This document shows, piece by piece, positions 1-9,561 of a stretch of 64,000 bases of DNA. Source of the stretch: Eubacteriales bacterium (GTDB lineage Bacteria; Bacillota; Clostridia; Oscillospirales; CAG-272); the NCBI GenBank assembly GCA_045660185.1, contig JAZRDI010000006.1, positions 68,288-132,287 of the forward strand, in the 5' to 3' direction. Position 1 is the stretch's first letter. Every line of letters starts with the position of its first letter. The notes under the pieces are model-generated. The model saw only the letters and a list, made by a program, of their open reading frames with translations, ran no database searches and was not told the origin of the DNA. Both the position numbers and the translations under genes were made by a program.

Positions 1-219
1 GTTTTCCAAAAGAAGCTCGCCTCTTCGCTTAAGCTCGCCGGGGCGATTTTCGCCTATAGCGGAGCAACCGATTTTTGCCAGAGCCAAAAGCTCCTCATCG
101 CTGCCGCTTTTTGTGACGCAAACAAGCTTTGGCGGTTTTTGCCCCGATTGCCTTGCGATATACTCAAGCTCCTCGCAAAGCTCACCGTAATTTCTTTCAA
201 TGTAGCCGTAATCAGTCAT
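1..219 (-). CDS. YggS-family pyridoxal-phosphate homeostasis protein, N-terminal 73 codons (gene runs off the left edge)
   Basis: Own translation of the minus strand from ATG at 219: MTDYGYIERNYGELCEELEYIARQSGQKPPKLVCVTKSGSDEELLALAKIGCSAIGENRPGEL... The V-T/S-K ... G-E-N pattern is typical of YggS/PLPBP. Not in the ORF track because there is no stop inside the window. Confidence 0.55.
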   Translation of the reverse strand, partial: MTDYGYIERNYGELCEELEYIARQSGQKPPKLVCVTKSGSDEELLALAKIGCSAIGENRPGELKRRGELLLEN

Positions 220-330
220 TTAAAATACCACTCGGATCACAAAATATATTTCTTCGACTACCATTATACCACAGCTCCTCTCTAAATTTCAAGTATTAAA
301 TTAAATATTTGATAAAATAAAAAAATCCTA

Positions 331-359
331 TTGATTTTGTACGAAAAATTTGCTATACT
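331..359 (+). promoter_or_regulatory. sigma-A type promoter for the mrnC-hisS operon
   Basis: TTGATT (331-336), 17-nt spacer, TGc-TATACT (354-359), about 40 nt upstream of the mrnC ATG. Confidence 0.55.
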
Positions 360-401
360 GTTTCTAATGGAATAAATTAATACTTTTCGAGAGGTTTAAA
401 G

Positions 402-815
402 ATGCATGAAAAAATAACCGGTGCGGCGTTGCCGTCGGTCGGTGCGCTTTCTTACGTCGGTGATGCGAGGCATTCACTGTACGTCAGAACGATGCTCGTG
501 AAACGCGGGGTGTCTAAATCCGGAGAGCTTAACGAGCTTGCGCTCGGTTACGTAACTGCCGAGGCTCAAGCAGAAGCTTATGCAAAAATAGAAGAATTGC
601 TTCTCGAGGATGAGAGAGAGGTATTCAAGAGAGCTTATAATTCAACTCATCTTAACAAGCCAAAGCGCGCTTCCGGAAAGGATTACAGAACCGCTACGGG
701 ATTTGAAGCGGTTATAGGAATGCTTTCATTTATCGGTGATGAGGAAAGAATTGAATATCTGCTCGGAATTGCACATGGAGAAAACGGAGGTTTGAAAAAT
801 GATACAGAAGATTAA
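402..815 (+). CDS. mrnC: Mini-ribonuclease 3 (Mini-RNase III)
   Basis: 137 aa. LSYVGDARHSLYVR and GFEAVIGML motifs indicate an RNase III-like catalytic domain without a dsRBD. RBS GAGAGG precedes the ATG. Confidence 0.85.
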   Translation: MHEKITGAALPSVGALSYVGDARHSLYVRTMLVKRGVSKSGELNELALGYVTAEAQAEAYAKIEELLLEDEREVFKRAYNSTHLNKPKRASGKDYRTATGFEAVIGMLSFIGDEERIEYLLGIAHGENGGLKNDTED

Positions 816-2040
816 AGGAACGATGGATATTTTGCCCAACGAAACTCCCTTGTTCCGCTATATAGAGGGCATTATGAGGGAGGAGGCCGAGAAGTACGGA
901 TACGGCGAAATCAGAACTCCTACCTTTGAGAATACGGAGCTCTTTGTAAGAGGCGTTGGAGATACTACAGACGTTGTTCAAAAGGAAATGTACACCTTCC
1001 AAGATAGAGATGAGGGAAGATCTATTTCTCTTCGTCCTGAGGGTACTGCTTCTGTTGCGAGAGCGCTTATTGAGAACGGTAAGTTTTCCGATACGATGCC
1101 TCTCAAGTATTACTACATTATTTCTTGCTTCCGCCATGAGAAGCCCCAGGCGGGAAGAAGCCGTGAGTTCTTCCAGTTCGGAACTGAAATGTTCGGCTCT
1201 GAAAGTCCCGCTTCGGATGCAACGGCTATTTCTCTTGCCGCTGCGGTTATACGCCGTCTCGGACTCAAAAATATAAAGCTTCATATAAACTCGATAGGAT
1301 GTAAGGAATGCAGACCCGCATACCGTTCTGCGCTCGTTTCCTATTTTGAAAGTCACAGTGAGAAGCTTTGCGATACCTGCAAAACGCGTCTTGCAAAAAA
1401 TCCATTAAGACTTCTTGACTGCAAAAATCCCGATTGCCACGAAATTGCAAAGGATGCTCCCAAAACGGTTGATCATCTTTGCGAATGCTGTGAAAATAAG
1501 TTCGATATGCTCAAGAAATCTCTTGACGCGATGGGCATCGAATACGAGGTTGATTCGTCTATCGTAAGAGGTCTTGATTACTACACGGGTGTGGTCTTTG
1601 AGTTTATTGCAGAGGGAATAGGCGCGCAGTCCACGGTTTGCGGAGGCGGACGTTATGATGGACTTGTTGAGTCGCTCGGCGGACCGAAGCTTTCCGGTAT
1701 GGGCTTTGGTATGGGCATCACCCGTATTATACTTGCTATGAAGGAGCAGGGGCTTGACAATATCTTCGTTCCCACTCCCACACTTTACGTTGCGGCTCTC
1801 GGTGAGTCCGCGCAGGTTAAAGGTCTTGAGATAACAGAGCGCCTTCGCAGAGCGGGAAAAATATGCGAGTGCGATATAGTTGGAAGAAGCCTTAAAGCTC
1901 AAATGAAATATGCAAATAAGATAGGCGCAGAGTATGCCTTGATAATAGGAGATTCCGAAATTGAAGCAGGTCGCGCGCAACTAAGAAATATGAAGGACGG
2001 CACTCAAACAGAGGTCGAGCTTGACAACTTTACTCTATAA
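799..2040 (+). CDS. hisS: Histidine--tRNA ligase
   Basis: 413 aa. N-terminal IKGTMDILP, class II motifs (YYIISCFRHEKPQAGRSREFFQFG, GGGRYDGL) and a C-terminal anticodon-binding domain. Overlaps mrnC by 17 nt. Confidence 0.95.
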   Translation: MIQKIKGTMDILPNETPLFRYIEGIMREEAEKYGYGEIRTPTFENTELFVRGVGDTTDVVQKEMYTFQDRDEGRSISLRPEGTASVARALIENGKFSDTMPLKYYYIISCFRHEKPQAGRSREFFQFGTEMFGSESPASDATAISLAAAVIRRLGLKNIKLHINSIGCKECRPAYRSALVSYFESHSEKLCDTCKTRLAKNPLRLLDCKNPDCHEIAKDAPKTVDHLCECCENKFDMLKKSLDAMGIEYEVDSSIVRGLDYYTGVVFEFIAEGIGAQSTVCGGGRYDGLVESLGGPKLSGMGFGMGITRIILAMKEQGLDNIFVPTPTLYVAALGESAQVKGLEITERLRRAGKICECDIVGRSLKAQMKYANKIGAEYALIIGDSEIEAGRAQLRNMKDGTQTEVELDNFTL

Positions 2041-2056
2041 AAACTAACAAAAGAGC

Positions 2057-2092
2057 GCTGTTACAAATTTTTTGTTTGCAACAGCCTTTTTT
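2057..2092 (+). terminator. Rho-independent terminator after hisS
   Basis: GCTGTTACAAA / TTTGCAACAGC stem with one mismatch, followed by CTTTTTTG. Confidence 0.6.
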
Positions 2093-2159
2093 GATAAAAC
2101 ATTAGAAATGACAATAAAAGTTGTCAAAAACGCACAAAACAAGAAATGGATTTGTAAAA

Positions 2160-4226
2160 ATGAGAGATAGAAAAGATTTTTTGCCGGTTAATATGAATGA
2201 CGTTAAGGAACGCAATTGGTCTGAAGTTGATTTCGTTTACGTGACGGGTGACGCATACGTGGACCATCCTTCTTTTGGCGTTTCGGTTATAAGCCGAGTT
2301 CTTGAGTCGGCGGGATATAGAATTGCGATACTCTCCCAGCCCGATTATAAGAGCTATAGCGATTTTACACGTTTTGGCAGACCGCGTCTTGGATTTTTGG
2401 TTACGTCCGGTAATATAGATTCAATGGTTGCCCACTATACCGTGTCAAAAAAGAAACGTAGCTACGATTATTATTCCGCAGGCGGAAAGATGGGCGCTCG
2501 TCCCGACAGAGCCGTAATAGTTTACTGTAACAGAATAAGAGAGGCGTATGGAGATGTTCCAATAATTATAGGCGGACTTGAAGCTTCGCTTCGCCGTTTT
2601 GCGCACTACGATTATTGGGATGACAAGGTTCGTCGCAGTATCTTGATAGACTCGCGTGCCGATATTCTTGCTTACGGAATGGGTGAGAATATACTTTTGA
2701 GAATCGCAAAGCTTCTTGACAAGGGCGTACCGATTAAAAAAATTCGCGACGTTCGCGGTACGGTATATCTTGCAAAAAAGGATGAGAAAATCAATTTCGA
2801 ATATAAAGAAACGTACGATTATGACGTTTTGAAGACTGATAAAGAAGCGTATGCTAAAGCGTTTGCTATTCAGTATAGAAACACGGACTCGGTTAAAGGT
2901 AAGGCTATTGTGGAATATTACGGCGATAAAATGCTTGTGCAGAATCCCCCCATGCCTCCGCTTGAAAGAGAAGAGCTTGACCGTGTCTATTCTTTACCTT
3001 ATGCGAGAGATTATCATCCGGATTATGAGAAAGATGGCGGAGTGCCTTCAATAACCGAGGTAAAGTTCTCAATAACCCATAACCGTGGCTGCTTTGGTGC
3101 GTGTAATTTCTGCGCTATCGCATTCCATCAGGGTAGAGAAGTTCGTTCAAGAAGTGCGGAAAGCGTTATTAACGAGGCGAAGTTAATTGCATCAATGCCC
3201 GACTTTAAGGGATACATAAACGACGTCGGCGGTCCTACAGCAAACTTCCGTTATCCTGCTTGCGAGGCACAGAAGGAAAACGGCGTATGTCCTAACAAAA
3301 AGTGTTTAGCCCCGACTCCGTGTAAGAATTTGCGCGTGGATCACACCGAATATATGAATATGCTTACAGAGATAGAAAAGATAAAGGGCATTAAAAAGGT
3401 GTTTATACGCTCCGGAATACGCTTTGATTATCTCATTTACGATGAAAACGATGACTTTTTCAGAAAGCTCGTTCGCGACCACGTTTCAGGACAGTTAAAG
3501 GTTGCGCCCGAGCATTGTGCGAACAACGCGCTTATGATGATGGGTAAACCGAGTATCGAGGTTTACGAGGCGTTCAGAAAGAAATATTTCGAGCTTTGTC
3601 GTGAGGTGGGGCTTGAGCAATATCTCGTTCCTTATCTTATGTCAAGCCATCCCGGATCAACTATGAAGGATGCCGTTGATATGGCGGTTTGGCTTAAAAA
3701 ATGGGGATATTCTCCGGAGCAGGTTCAGGATTTCTATCCGACTCCCGGAACGATTTCCACAGTAATGTATTATACAGGCATACACCCGATGACAGGAAAA
3801 CGCGTGAACGTTACTACCGATTACAGAGAAAAGCAGCTTCAGCGCGCCCTGCTCCAGTACTCACGTCCGGAAAATGCAAATCTCGTAAGAGAGGCGTTGA
3901 AGCTTGCGGGAAGAGAAGACCTTATCGGAACTTCGCCCGAATGCTTGGTTAGACCTGCGTTCAAGGGGGTTGAGAAAGGTTCACAAACCAAAAAATATTC
4001 TCAAGGTTTTGAAAAAAACTCTAAAGGGTTTGAAAAGGGTTCGAGAGGCAAACCGTCGGCTCGCGCAAAGAGCAAGCCTTACGGAAAGCAACAGAATTCC
4101 TCTATTGTTAAAAAAACAAAGACAGACAAGCTTCAAAGAGTTTTTGGCGCAGATGCGCAAAGAATCAGAAAAGAAGCTGATAAAATGGCTCGTACAAGCT
4201 CCGGAAAATCAAAAAAACGCCATTAA
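2160..4226 (+). CDS. YgiQ-family (UPF0313) radical SAM protein with a Lys-rich C-terminal tail
   Basis: Radical SAM cluster motif CFGACNFCAI and a conserved YgiQ N-terminal domain (DFVYVTGDAYVDHPSFG). I prefer the ATG at 2160 over the TTG at 2121 in the track. The C-terminal ~100 aa are low-complexity K/S-rich with a GFEK repeat. Confidence 0.88.
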   Translation: MRDRKDFLPVNMNDVKERNWSEVDFVYVTGDAYVDHPSFGVSVISRVLESAGYRIAILSQPDYKSYSDFTRFGRPRLGFLVTSGNIDSMVAHYTVSKKKRSYDYYSAGGKMGARPDRAVIVYCNRIREAYGDVPIIIGGLEASLRRFAHYDYWDDKVRRSILIDSRADILAYGMGENILLRIAKLLDKGVPIKKIRDVRGTVYLAKKDEKINFEYKETYDYDVLKTDKEAYAKAFAIQYRNTDSVKGKAIVEYYGDKMLVQNPPMPPLEREELDRVYSLPYARDYHPDYEKDGGVPSITEVKFSITHNRGCFGACNFCAIAFHQGREVRSRSAESVINEAKLIASMPDFKGYINDVGGPTANFRYPACEAQKENGVCPNKKCLAPTPCKNLRVDHTEYMNMLTEIEKIKGIKKVFIRSGIRFDYLIYDENDDFFRKLVRDHVSGQLKVAPEHCANNALMMMGKPSIEVYEAFRKKYFELCREVGLEQYLVPYLMSSHPGSTMKDAVDMAVWLKKWGYSPEQVQDFYPTPGTISTVMYYTGIHPMTGKRVNVTTDYREKQLQRALLQYSRPENANLVREALKLAGREDLIGTSPECLVRPAFKGVEKGSQTKKYSQGFEKNSKGFEKGSRGKPSARAKSKPYGKQQNSSIVKKTKTDKLQRVFGADAQRIRKEADKMARTSSGKSKKRH

Positions 4227-4370
4227 GGCGAAAATGCTTCGTATTTTGTGCGACTCAAAAAACACAAAAAACAAGGGCAGAAAACAATTCGTTATTTCTT
4301 ATGCATTCTGCTTATATTGAAGCGAAATACGTCAAAAGACGGAAAAAGGAGAAAAAACAATCGGGAAAAG

Positions 4371-4520
4371 TTTTCCACATTCTCCACATTCAAAACAGTG
4401 GAAAAGTGTGGGTAAAATGAGTTGTCCGCCGAGAAGCCTTGACAATTCAAGCTTTTTCTGTGGAAGTTTTCCACATTCTCCACCGATAGAACGGTGGAAA
4501 ACCATGAGGGTTGTACACAT
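4371..4520. promoter_or_regulatory. DnaA-box cluster (9 box-like 9-mers in 150 bp)
   Basis: TTTTCCACA 4371-4379; TTCTCCACA 4380-4388; TTTTCCACT (rc) 4397-4405; TTACCCACA (rc) 4407-4415; ACTTCCACA (rc) 4459-4467; TTTTCCACA 4467-4475; TTCTCCACC 4476-4484; TTTTCCACC (rc) 4493-4501; TTGTACACA 4512-4520. All are compared with the consensus TTATCCACA / TTNTNCACA. The 19-nt module AGTTTTCCACATTCTCCAC occurs twice (4369-4387, 4465-4483). Confidence 0.7.
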
Positions 4521-4683
4521 ACCGCGTAGCAAAAATAATTGAATATAATAATTGTTTTTTTGGTTTTTTACTTTGCATTTAAAAGCTTTGTGAAAAATGC
4601 GAAATTCGATTTTTTGAAAATGTTAGTATTTTTTACGAATTTGTGCTTTTGGCACACAAAAACTCAAAACAAAGGGACCGTTT

Positions 4684-7095
4684 ATGGTGAATTTAGGCAT
4701 AAAATATACTGAAGCGAAGCGTGCTCTTTTTGATAAGGTCTTCGCAGAAAAATTGAATAGCGAGCAGAGTCGTGCAGTGTTTACACTAAAAGGACCGCTT
4801 TTGGTTCTCGCAGGTGCGGGAAGCGGAAAAACAACGGTGCTTGTAAATCGAATTGCTTATCTTATAAAGTATGGTAATGCGTATTTTTCGGATTTTGTTC
4901 CCGATACTGTGAGCGAGGAAACCGTATTAGCATTACAAGAGGCGCAAAAACTTTCTGTGGCGGATATTGAGGAAATATTGCCGGAGTTTATAACCGAGCC
5001 CTGTCCTCCGTGGTCGGTTCTTGCGATTACGTTCACGAATAAGGCTGCAAACGAAATGAAGGAAAGACTTGCTAGCGCGTTTGGAGACAAAAGTGTTACC
5101 GATTCTATATGGGCAGGAACCTTCCATTCGGTGTGTTTGAGGATACTTCGAAAGTACGGAGAGCGTCTTGGTTACCGCGACGGTTTTTCGATATACGATA
5201 CAGATGACTCGAAAAGAATGATAATTCAGTGTATGAGAGAGCTTGATATTGATGAAAAAAAGCTTTCTCCAAAGGTCGTTGCAGGGGCTATAAGCAGATC
5301 AAAGGATAGACTTGTTTTTCCCGATGAGTTCGAAGCAAATAACGATCCGCGAAGCCGTGACGTTCAAAAAATATATTCTCTTTACGTTAAGAAAATGATG
5401 CAGAATAATGCCGTTGACTTTGACGATATTATTATGCAAACAGTCACGCTTCTTAACAATCATGCCGATGTGCGCGAGTATTACCAAAATAAGTTCAGAT
5501 ACATTCTTGTCGATGAGTATCAAGATACCAACTACGCGCAGTTCGCTTTAACGGAAATTCTTGCTGCGAAGCATAGAAACATAATGGTTGTCGGTGACGA
5601 TGATCAAAGTATATACCGTTTCAGAGGCGCAACTATCGAAAATATTCTTAATTTTGATAAAACATATCCCGATGCAACGGTGGTTAAGCTTGAGCAAAAC
5701 TATCGTTCAACCGAAACTATTCTCGAAGCCGCGAACGCTATAATTCATAATAATGAAAAAAGACACGCAAAGAGTCTTTGGAGCGAGAAGGGGCGAGGTG
5801 AAAAAATCACCGTAAGAGAGGCTGCCGATCAAAACGAAGAGGGCAGATATATTATTGATAAAATAAATCAAGGCGTTCGAAATCAAGGTAAAAAATATTC
5901 TGATTACGCAATACTTTATCGCGTTAACGAGCTTGCCAGAACGCTTGAAACCACGTTTGCAAAAAGCGGAGTTCCTTATAGAATTCTCGGAGGTACTCGA
6001 TTCTATGACCGCAAGGAAATACGCGATATGATTGCTTATCTTTCGGTAATCAATACGTCGAGCGATTCTTTAAGACTCAAAAGAATCATCAACGAGCCGA
6101 AAAGAAAAATAGGCACTGCAACCGTTGATGCTATTGAAGAGATAGCAACGATGGAAGGCCTATCTATGTACGAGGTTATGAAAAGATCCGACGAGTACGT
6201 TTCTCTTGGAAAGAGCGCAGAGAAGCTTCGCGCATTCGTTGATATGATGGATAGCGTGTCAAGCGAAGGCGGAAATCCGTCGGACATAATTGCGCGCGTT
6301 TTTGAGCGAAGCGGGTATTTGGATATGCTGATTGCCGAGGGCTTCGAAGGGGAAGGCAAGCGCGATAACGTCAACGAGCTTATTGCGGGCGCATTGGAAT
6401 ATGAGAAAAGATGTATAGAAGTTGACACGGAGCCAACCCTTTCGGGTTATCTTGAAGATATTGCTCTTGTCAGCGACGTTGATAAATACGATGCAGATGC
6501 AGATGCGGTTGTAATGATGACGGTTCATTCCGCTAAGGGACTTGAGTTTCCAACCGTATTTTTGGCAGGTATGGAAGACGGAATTTTCCCATCAGAGCAG
6601 AATATGCGTGACGAGGAAGAATTGAGCGAAGAGCGACGTCTTGCATACGTAGCCATAACCCGTGCTAAAGATAAGCTATATATAACCTATTCGAAAAATA
6701 GAATTATGTACGGAAAAACAACTTATAATATGCTTTCTTCTTTCGTAAGACGCGAGGTTCCTCCGTCACTGATAGAAAATGATGTGCCACGAAGAGAGCC
6801 CCCACGCGTACCCGTGTCATATTTCGGCAATCAAAGCTATAGCAATAAGTATAATTCCGGCGCGCGTTCTGAAATGAAAAGAGCCCCCGATATTTATCCC
6901 AACAAGAAAAGCGGAGCAGCGGCATTCGGCATAGAAAAGCTTAATCCGGGTTGCCTTGTTTCGCACACGGTTTTTGGCGATGGAGTAATAGTTAGCGCGA
7001 AGGACATGGGCGGTGACGTTCTTTATGAGGTTGATTTTGCGTCTGTGGGAAAGAAGAAGCTTATGGCAACGTTTGCTAAGTTGAGGAAGTTGTAA
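4684..7095 (+). CDS. pcrA: ATP-dependent DNA helicase PcrA (UvrD/Rep superfamily 1)
   Basis: 803 aa. Walker A AGAGSGKT, VDEYQDTN, and the other SF1 helicase motifs (TFHS, QNYRS, VHSAKGLEF, YVAITRAK). Confidence 0.93.
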   Translation: MVNLGIKYTEAKRALFDKVFAEKLNSEQSRAVFTLKGPLLVLAGAGSGKTTVLVNRIAYLIKYGNAYFSDFVPDTVSEETVLALQEAQKLSVADIEEILPEFITEPCPPWSVLAITFTNKAANEMKERLASAFGDKSVTDSIWAGTFHSVCLRILRKYGERLGYRDGFSIYDTDDSKRMIIQCMRELDIDEKKLSPKVVAGAISRSKDRLVFPDEFEANNDPRSRDVQKIYSLYVKKMMQNNAVDFDDIIMQTVTLLNNHADVREYYQNKFRYILVDEYQDTNYAQFALTEILAAKHRNIMVVGDDDQSIYRFRGATIENILNFDKTYPDATVVKLEQNYRSTETILEAANAIIHNNEKRHAKSLWSEKGRGEKITVREAADQNEEGRYIIDKINQGVRNQGKKYSDYAILYRVNELARTLETTFAKSGVPYRILGGTRFYDRKEIRDMIAYLSVINTSSDSLRLKRIINEPKRKIGTATVDAIEEIATMEGLSMYEVMKRSDEYVSLGKSAEKLRAFVDMMDSVSSEGGNPSDIIARVFERSGYLDMLIAEGFEGEGKRDNVNELIAGALEYEKRCIEVDTEPTLSGYLEDIALVSDVDKYDADADAVVMMTVHSAKGLEFPTVFLAGMEDGIFPSEQNMRDEEELSEERRLAYVAITRAKDKLYITYSKNRIMYGKTTYNMLSSFVRREVPPSLIENDVPRREPPRVPVSYFGNQSYSNKYNSGARSEMKRAPDIYPNKKSGAAAFGIEKLNPGCLVSHTVFGDGVIVSAKDMGGDVLYEVDFASVGKKKLMATFAKLRKL

Positions 7096-7823
7096 TGTGG
7101 GTAAATGAAAATAAAAGTTTACAAAAACCAATAAAAGCGTGTCTTTTTGACCTAGATGGTACGCTGCTTGATACGCTGAAATCGATACAGTATTATGCAA
7201 ATAAAAACATATCACGCTATGGAATAAGTGCTATAAATCTTGATGAAACGAAAGTCTTTGTCGGTAAGGGAGCAAGGATTCTTATTGAGAAAATTTTTAA
7301 ATCAAAGGGTATAGATTTAAACGAAGAAGAAAATGCGAAGCTTTTGGATTTAATACATCGAGAATACGTAGATGACTACGATTCCAATCCTTTGTATTTA
7401 ACAGAGCCCTATGCAGGTATTCGCGAGCTGGTTTACTCGCTCAAAAAAAGAGGAATAAAGCTTGCGGTAATTTCCAACAAGCCCGATCCTACTGTTAAGC
7501 AATTAACTCGCTACTTCTTTGGAGAAAGTTTTTCAATAATAGAAGGCGCGAGCGAAAAAATGCCCTTGAAGCCGAATCCCGAATGGCCTCTCGATATATG
7601 CAAAAGACTTGATGTTAAGCCAAGCGAGGTCCTCTACGTAGGCGACACTTCAACTGACATGAAGACTGCGGTAAACTTTGGCGCGGGAGTTGCTGTTGGC
7701 GTTTTATGGGGATTTCGTGATAAGGATGAGCTTTGCGAAAGCGGAGCAGACGTTATCGTTGAGCATCCAAAAGAAATTGCCGAAATTATTGAAATGATAA
7801 ATAAAGGGGTAAATGAAATTTGA
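7095..7823 (+). CDS. HAD-superfamily hydrolase (phosphoglycolate phosphatase-like)
   Basis: DLDGTLLDT motif I, SNKP motif II, GDTSTD motif IV. The start overlaps the pcrA stop (TAATG). Confidence 0.8.
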   Translation: MWVNENKSLQKPIKACLFDLDGTLLDTLKSIQYYANKNISRYGISAINLDETKVFVGKGARILIEKIFKSKGIDLNEEENAKLLDLIHREYVDDYDSNPLYLTEPYAGIRELVYSLKKRGIKLAVISNKPDPTVKQLTRYFFGESFSIIEGASEKMPLKPNPEWPLDICKRLDVKPSEVLYVGDTSTDMKTAVNFGAGVAVGVLWGFRDKDELCESGADVIVEHPKEIAEIIEMINKGVNEI

Positions 7824-8350
7824 AAATAATGAAAAGAACAATATCGCTCGTTTTGCTTTTATCATGCTTAGTTGCTATTTTAACCTCATGCTCGAGTAAA
7901 GTTAAATTCGAAGACGTCAAGTATGAGGAAAATGGTTTGAGGTTCTATTTGCCAAACACTATGCAAAGGCAAGAATCAAAGGATTATGAATTTTATTTCT
8001 CGGGTAGAACGATGGACGTTGCCTTCAGCGCGCTTAAGCTCACTGAGGAGTTTTTGAAGAAAACTGAAATAGAGCCCGGCGTTACTGCAAGTGAGTATGT
8101 TGACATGATTATAGAGAAGCGCGACTTGGTTAAATCCAAGCTTTATTACACTCACTACAAGGAAAGCGGTCAATACAACTTTAGATATAACTACGTTTCG
8201 GAATCCGGATTTGAAGTATTCTATTATGTGACGGTGCTTGGAACCCCCGATAATCTTTGGTATGTTGAAATGTGTTGCTCGCAAGATGAATCGAGTGCAT
8301 ATCTTGATATGTTTGACGGTTGGAGAAAGACCTTAACTACGTATCAATAA
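7820..8350 (+). CDS. Hypothetical lipoprotein
   Basis: Signal peptide with lipobox ILTSC. No recognisable catalytic motif. TTG at 7820 or ATG at 7829 are both possible starts. Confidence 0.6.
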   Translation: MKIMKRTISLVLLLSCLVAILTSCSSKVKFEDVKYEENGLRFYLPNTMQRQESKDYEFYFSGRTMDVAFSALKLTEEFLKKTEIEPGVTASEYVDMIIEKRDLVKSKLYYTHYKESGQYNFRYNYVSESGFEVFYYVTVLGTPDNLWYVEMCCSQDESSAYLDMFDGWRKTLTTYQ

Positions 8351-8805
8351 CGTCTTTGAAATTTTTTGGTTGGTGTCACGCTTTGGTAACGCTGGCGTAA
8401 TTTAGAGGTAATGGTATAAATTGATAACATCGGTGCTTTTTTTAATCGGCATGGTGTTCAATAAAACCTATAAAATTCCAAGTTGGTGGATTTTAAGGAT
8501 AAAACTCATAAAAAGATACCAAAAAGCTTCTAAACTCTAAAAAACTACCAAAAGTTCGCTTAAAATCAAGGTTTTATCTTTAAATAGTACTATTTTTAAA
8601 AAATAACGCAGTTTAAAATTAACTAAACGTAAAAATATAGTTTTAACTAAAATTAAAAACAAAAAAACAGTAGAAATTCTAAAAAAGCCTTTTGCTATCG
8701 CTTCAAAAACACAAGAGCGCTTTTTTGAAAAAATCTACTGTTTTTTTATATAAATTAAGGATTTAATCTTTGATAAGTACCATTTTTGATGGATTTTTGC
8801 TACTG

Positions 8806-9561
8806 TTAGACGTAAAGCTCGACCTCTACGTTTAGCTTTCCTTTTTTTGACGTGCTTACCGGACCGTGATATATAAATCTGCCGTAACCGCGTACACTAA
8901 TAACGTCGTTTGGTTTTGGAGTGTATGAGTTGTTTTCGCATAATTTTCCGCAAACGAAAACGAGTCGCTTTTTGAAAAGTGAAAGCGAGTCATCGCGTGA
9001 CATCGAGTATATCTTTGAAATTGCCGCATCAATGCGTTCTCCCGATAGCTGAATAGTCTTGCGCTCGGTTTTAAAAAGCTCGATATTTGGAAGCTCGTCT
9101 GTAACCGAGGTTTTTACGTCGGTATGTTTTATTCTCTCAAGAGAAGATGCGAGGTAATCGGCCATATTTTCATTAACGAATACATATCCCGAATTGTTGA
9201 TGATAACTATATCGCCGATAGCTTTTCTTTCGATACCGAGATTGAGTATCGCGCCAAGAAAATCGCGGTGGGTAAGCTTATCGGAAAATTTTGGGGCTTT
9301 GGGCTCTATTAGAAGAATTTTGATAGGGAACTCTTCCTCATACCCGAGCTCTTCCACGTCGCCAAAGCGTACCATAACTCGTTCGCAACCGTCTATGCCA
9401 CCGAATAAAGTGTATTTTGCTCTGCCGAATTTCAGCTTCGCTTCATTGAATATCGATTGCTCGCTTAAACCAAGAAAATCCGAAAATAAATAGTATCCGT
9501 TATCACTTTTTCGGGCAAGCTCGATGAATCTTTTGTATAAGAGTTCTTCTTCTGCGTTCAT
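8806..9561 (-). CDS. YlmH-like RNA-binding S4-domain protein
   Basis: 251 aa. FGG..G.ER motif and a C-terminal S4 fold (RIDAAISKIYSMSRDDSLSLFKKRLVFVCGK). Confidence 0.75.
   Translation of the reverse strand: MNAEEELLYKRFIELARKSDNGYYLFSDFLGLSEQSIFNEAKLKFGRAKYTLFGGIDGCERVMVRFGDVEELGYEEEFPIKILLIEPKAPKFSDKLTHRDFLGAILNLGIERKAIGDIVIINNSGYVFVNENMADYLASSLERIKHTDVKTSVTDELPNIELFKTERKTIQLSGERIDAAISKIYSMSRDDSLSLFKKRLVFVCGKLCENNSYTPKPNDVISVRGYGRFIYHGPVSTSKKGKLNVEVELYV

Noticed and set aside
730-1980. Long antisense ORFs (730-1356, 208 aa; 1405-1980, 191 aa) opposite hisS.
   Set aside because: They fully overlap a confidently recognised hisS frame. Their translations are low-complexity and Arg/Ser-rich with no motifs. 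The same applies to the other long antisense ORFs in the track: 12779-13324, 25033-25527, 52481-53296, 53549-54130, 54670-55263, 57806-58447, 58634-59482 and 59545-60405.
2121-2159. TTG start for the YgiQ-family gene as given in the ORF track. Similar upstream extensions occur at 9561-10337, 10357-11778, 21212-21907, 22676-23590, 33038, 36730, 42625-44997, 47320, 54686, 55673 and 63753.
   Set aside because: In each case an internal ATG, or for rlmD an internal TTG, has a clear GGAG-type RBS and gives an N-terminus typical for the family. The extended versions add implausible leader peptides.
4292-4532. Two small minus-strand ORFs (63 and 66 aa) in the ygiQ-pcrA gap.
   Set aside because: They are built almost entirely from the repeated DnaA-box modules (ENVENF / ECGKL peptide repeats mirror the DNA repeat) and have no RBS. 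I treat them as non-coding DnaA-box DNA.
4369-4680. Calling this region the chromosomal replication origin outright.
   Set aside because: No dnaA, dnaN or other origin-proximal genes are in the window, and gene orientation does not switch here. Only the weaker statement, a DnaA-box cluster with an adjacent AT-rich tract, is supported.
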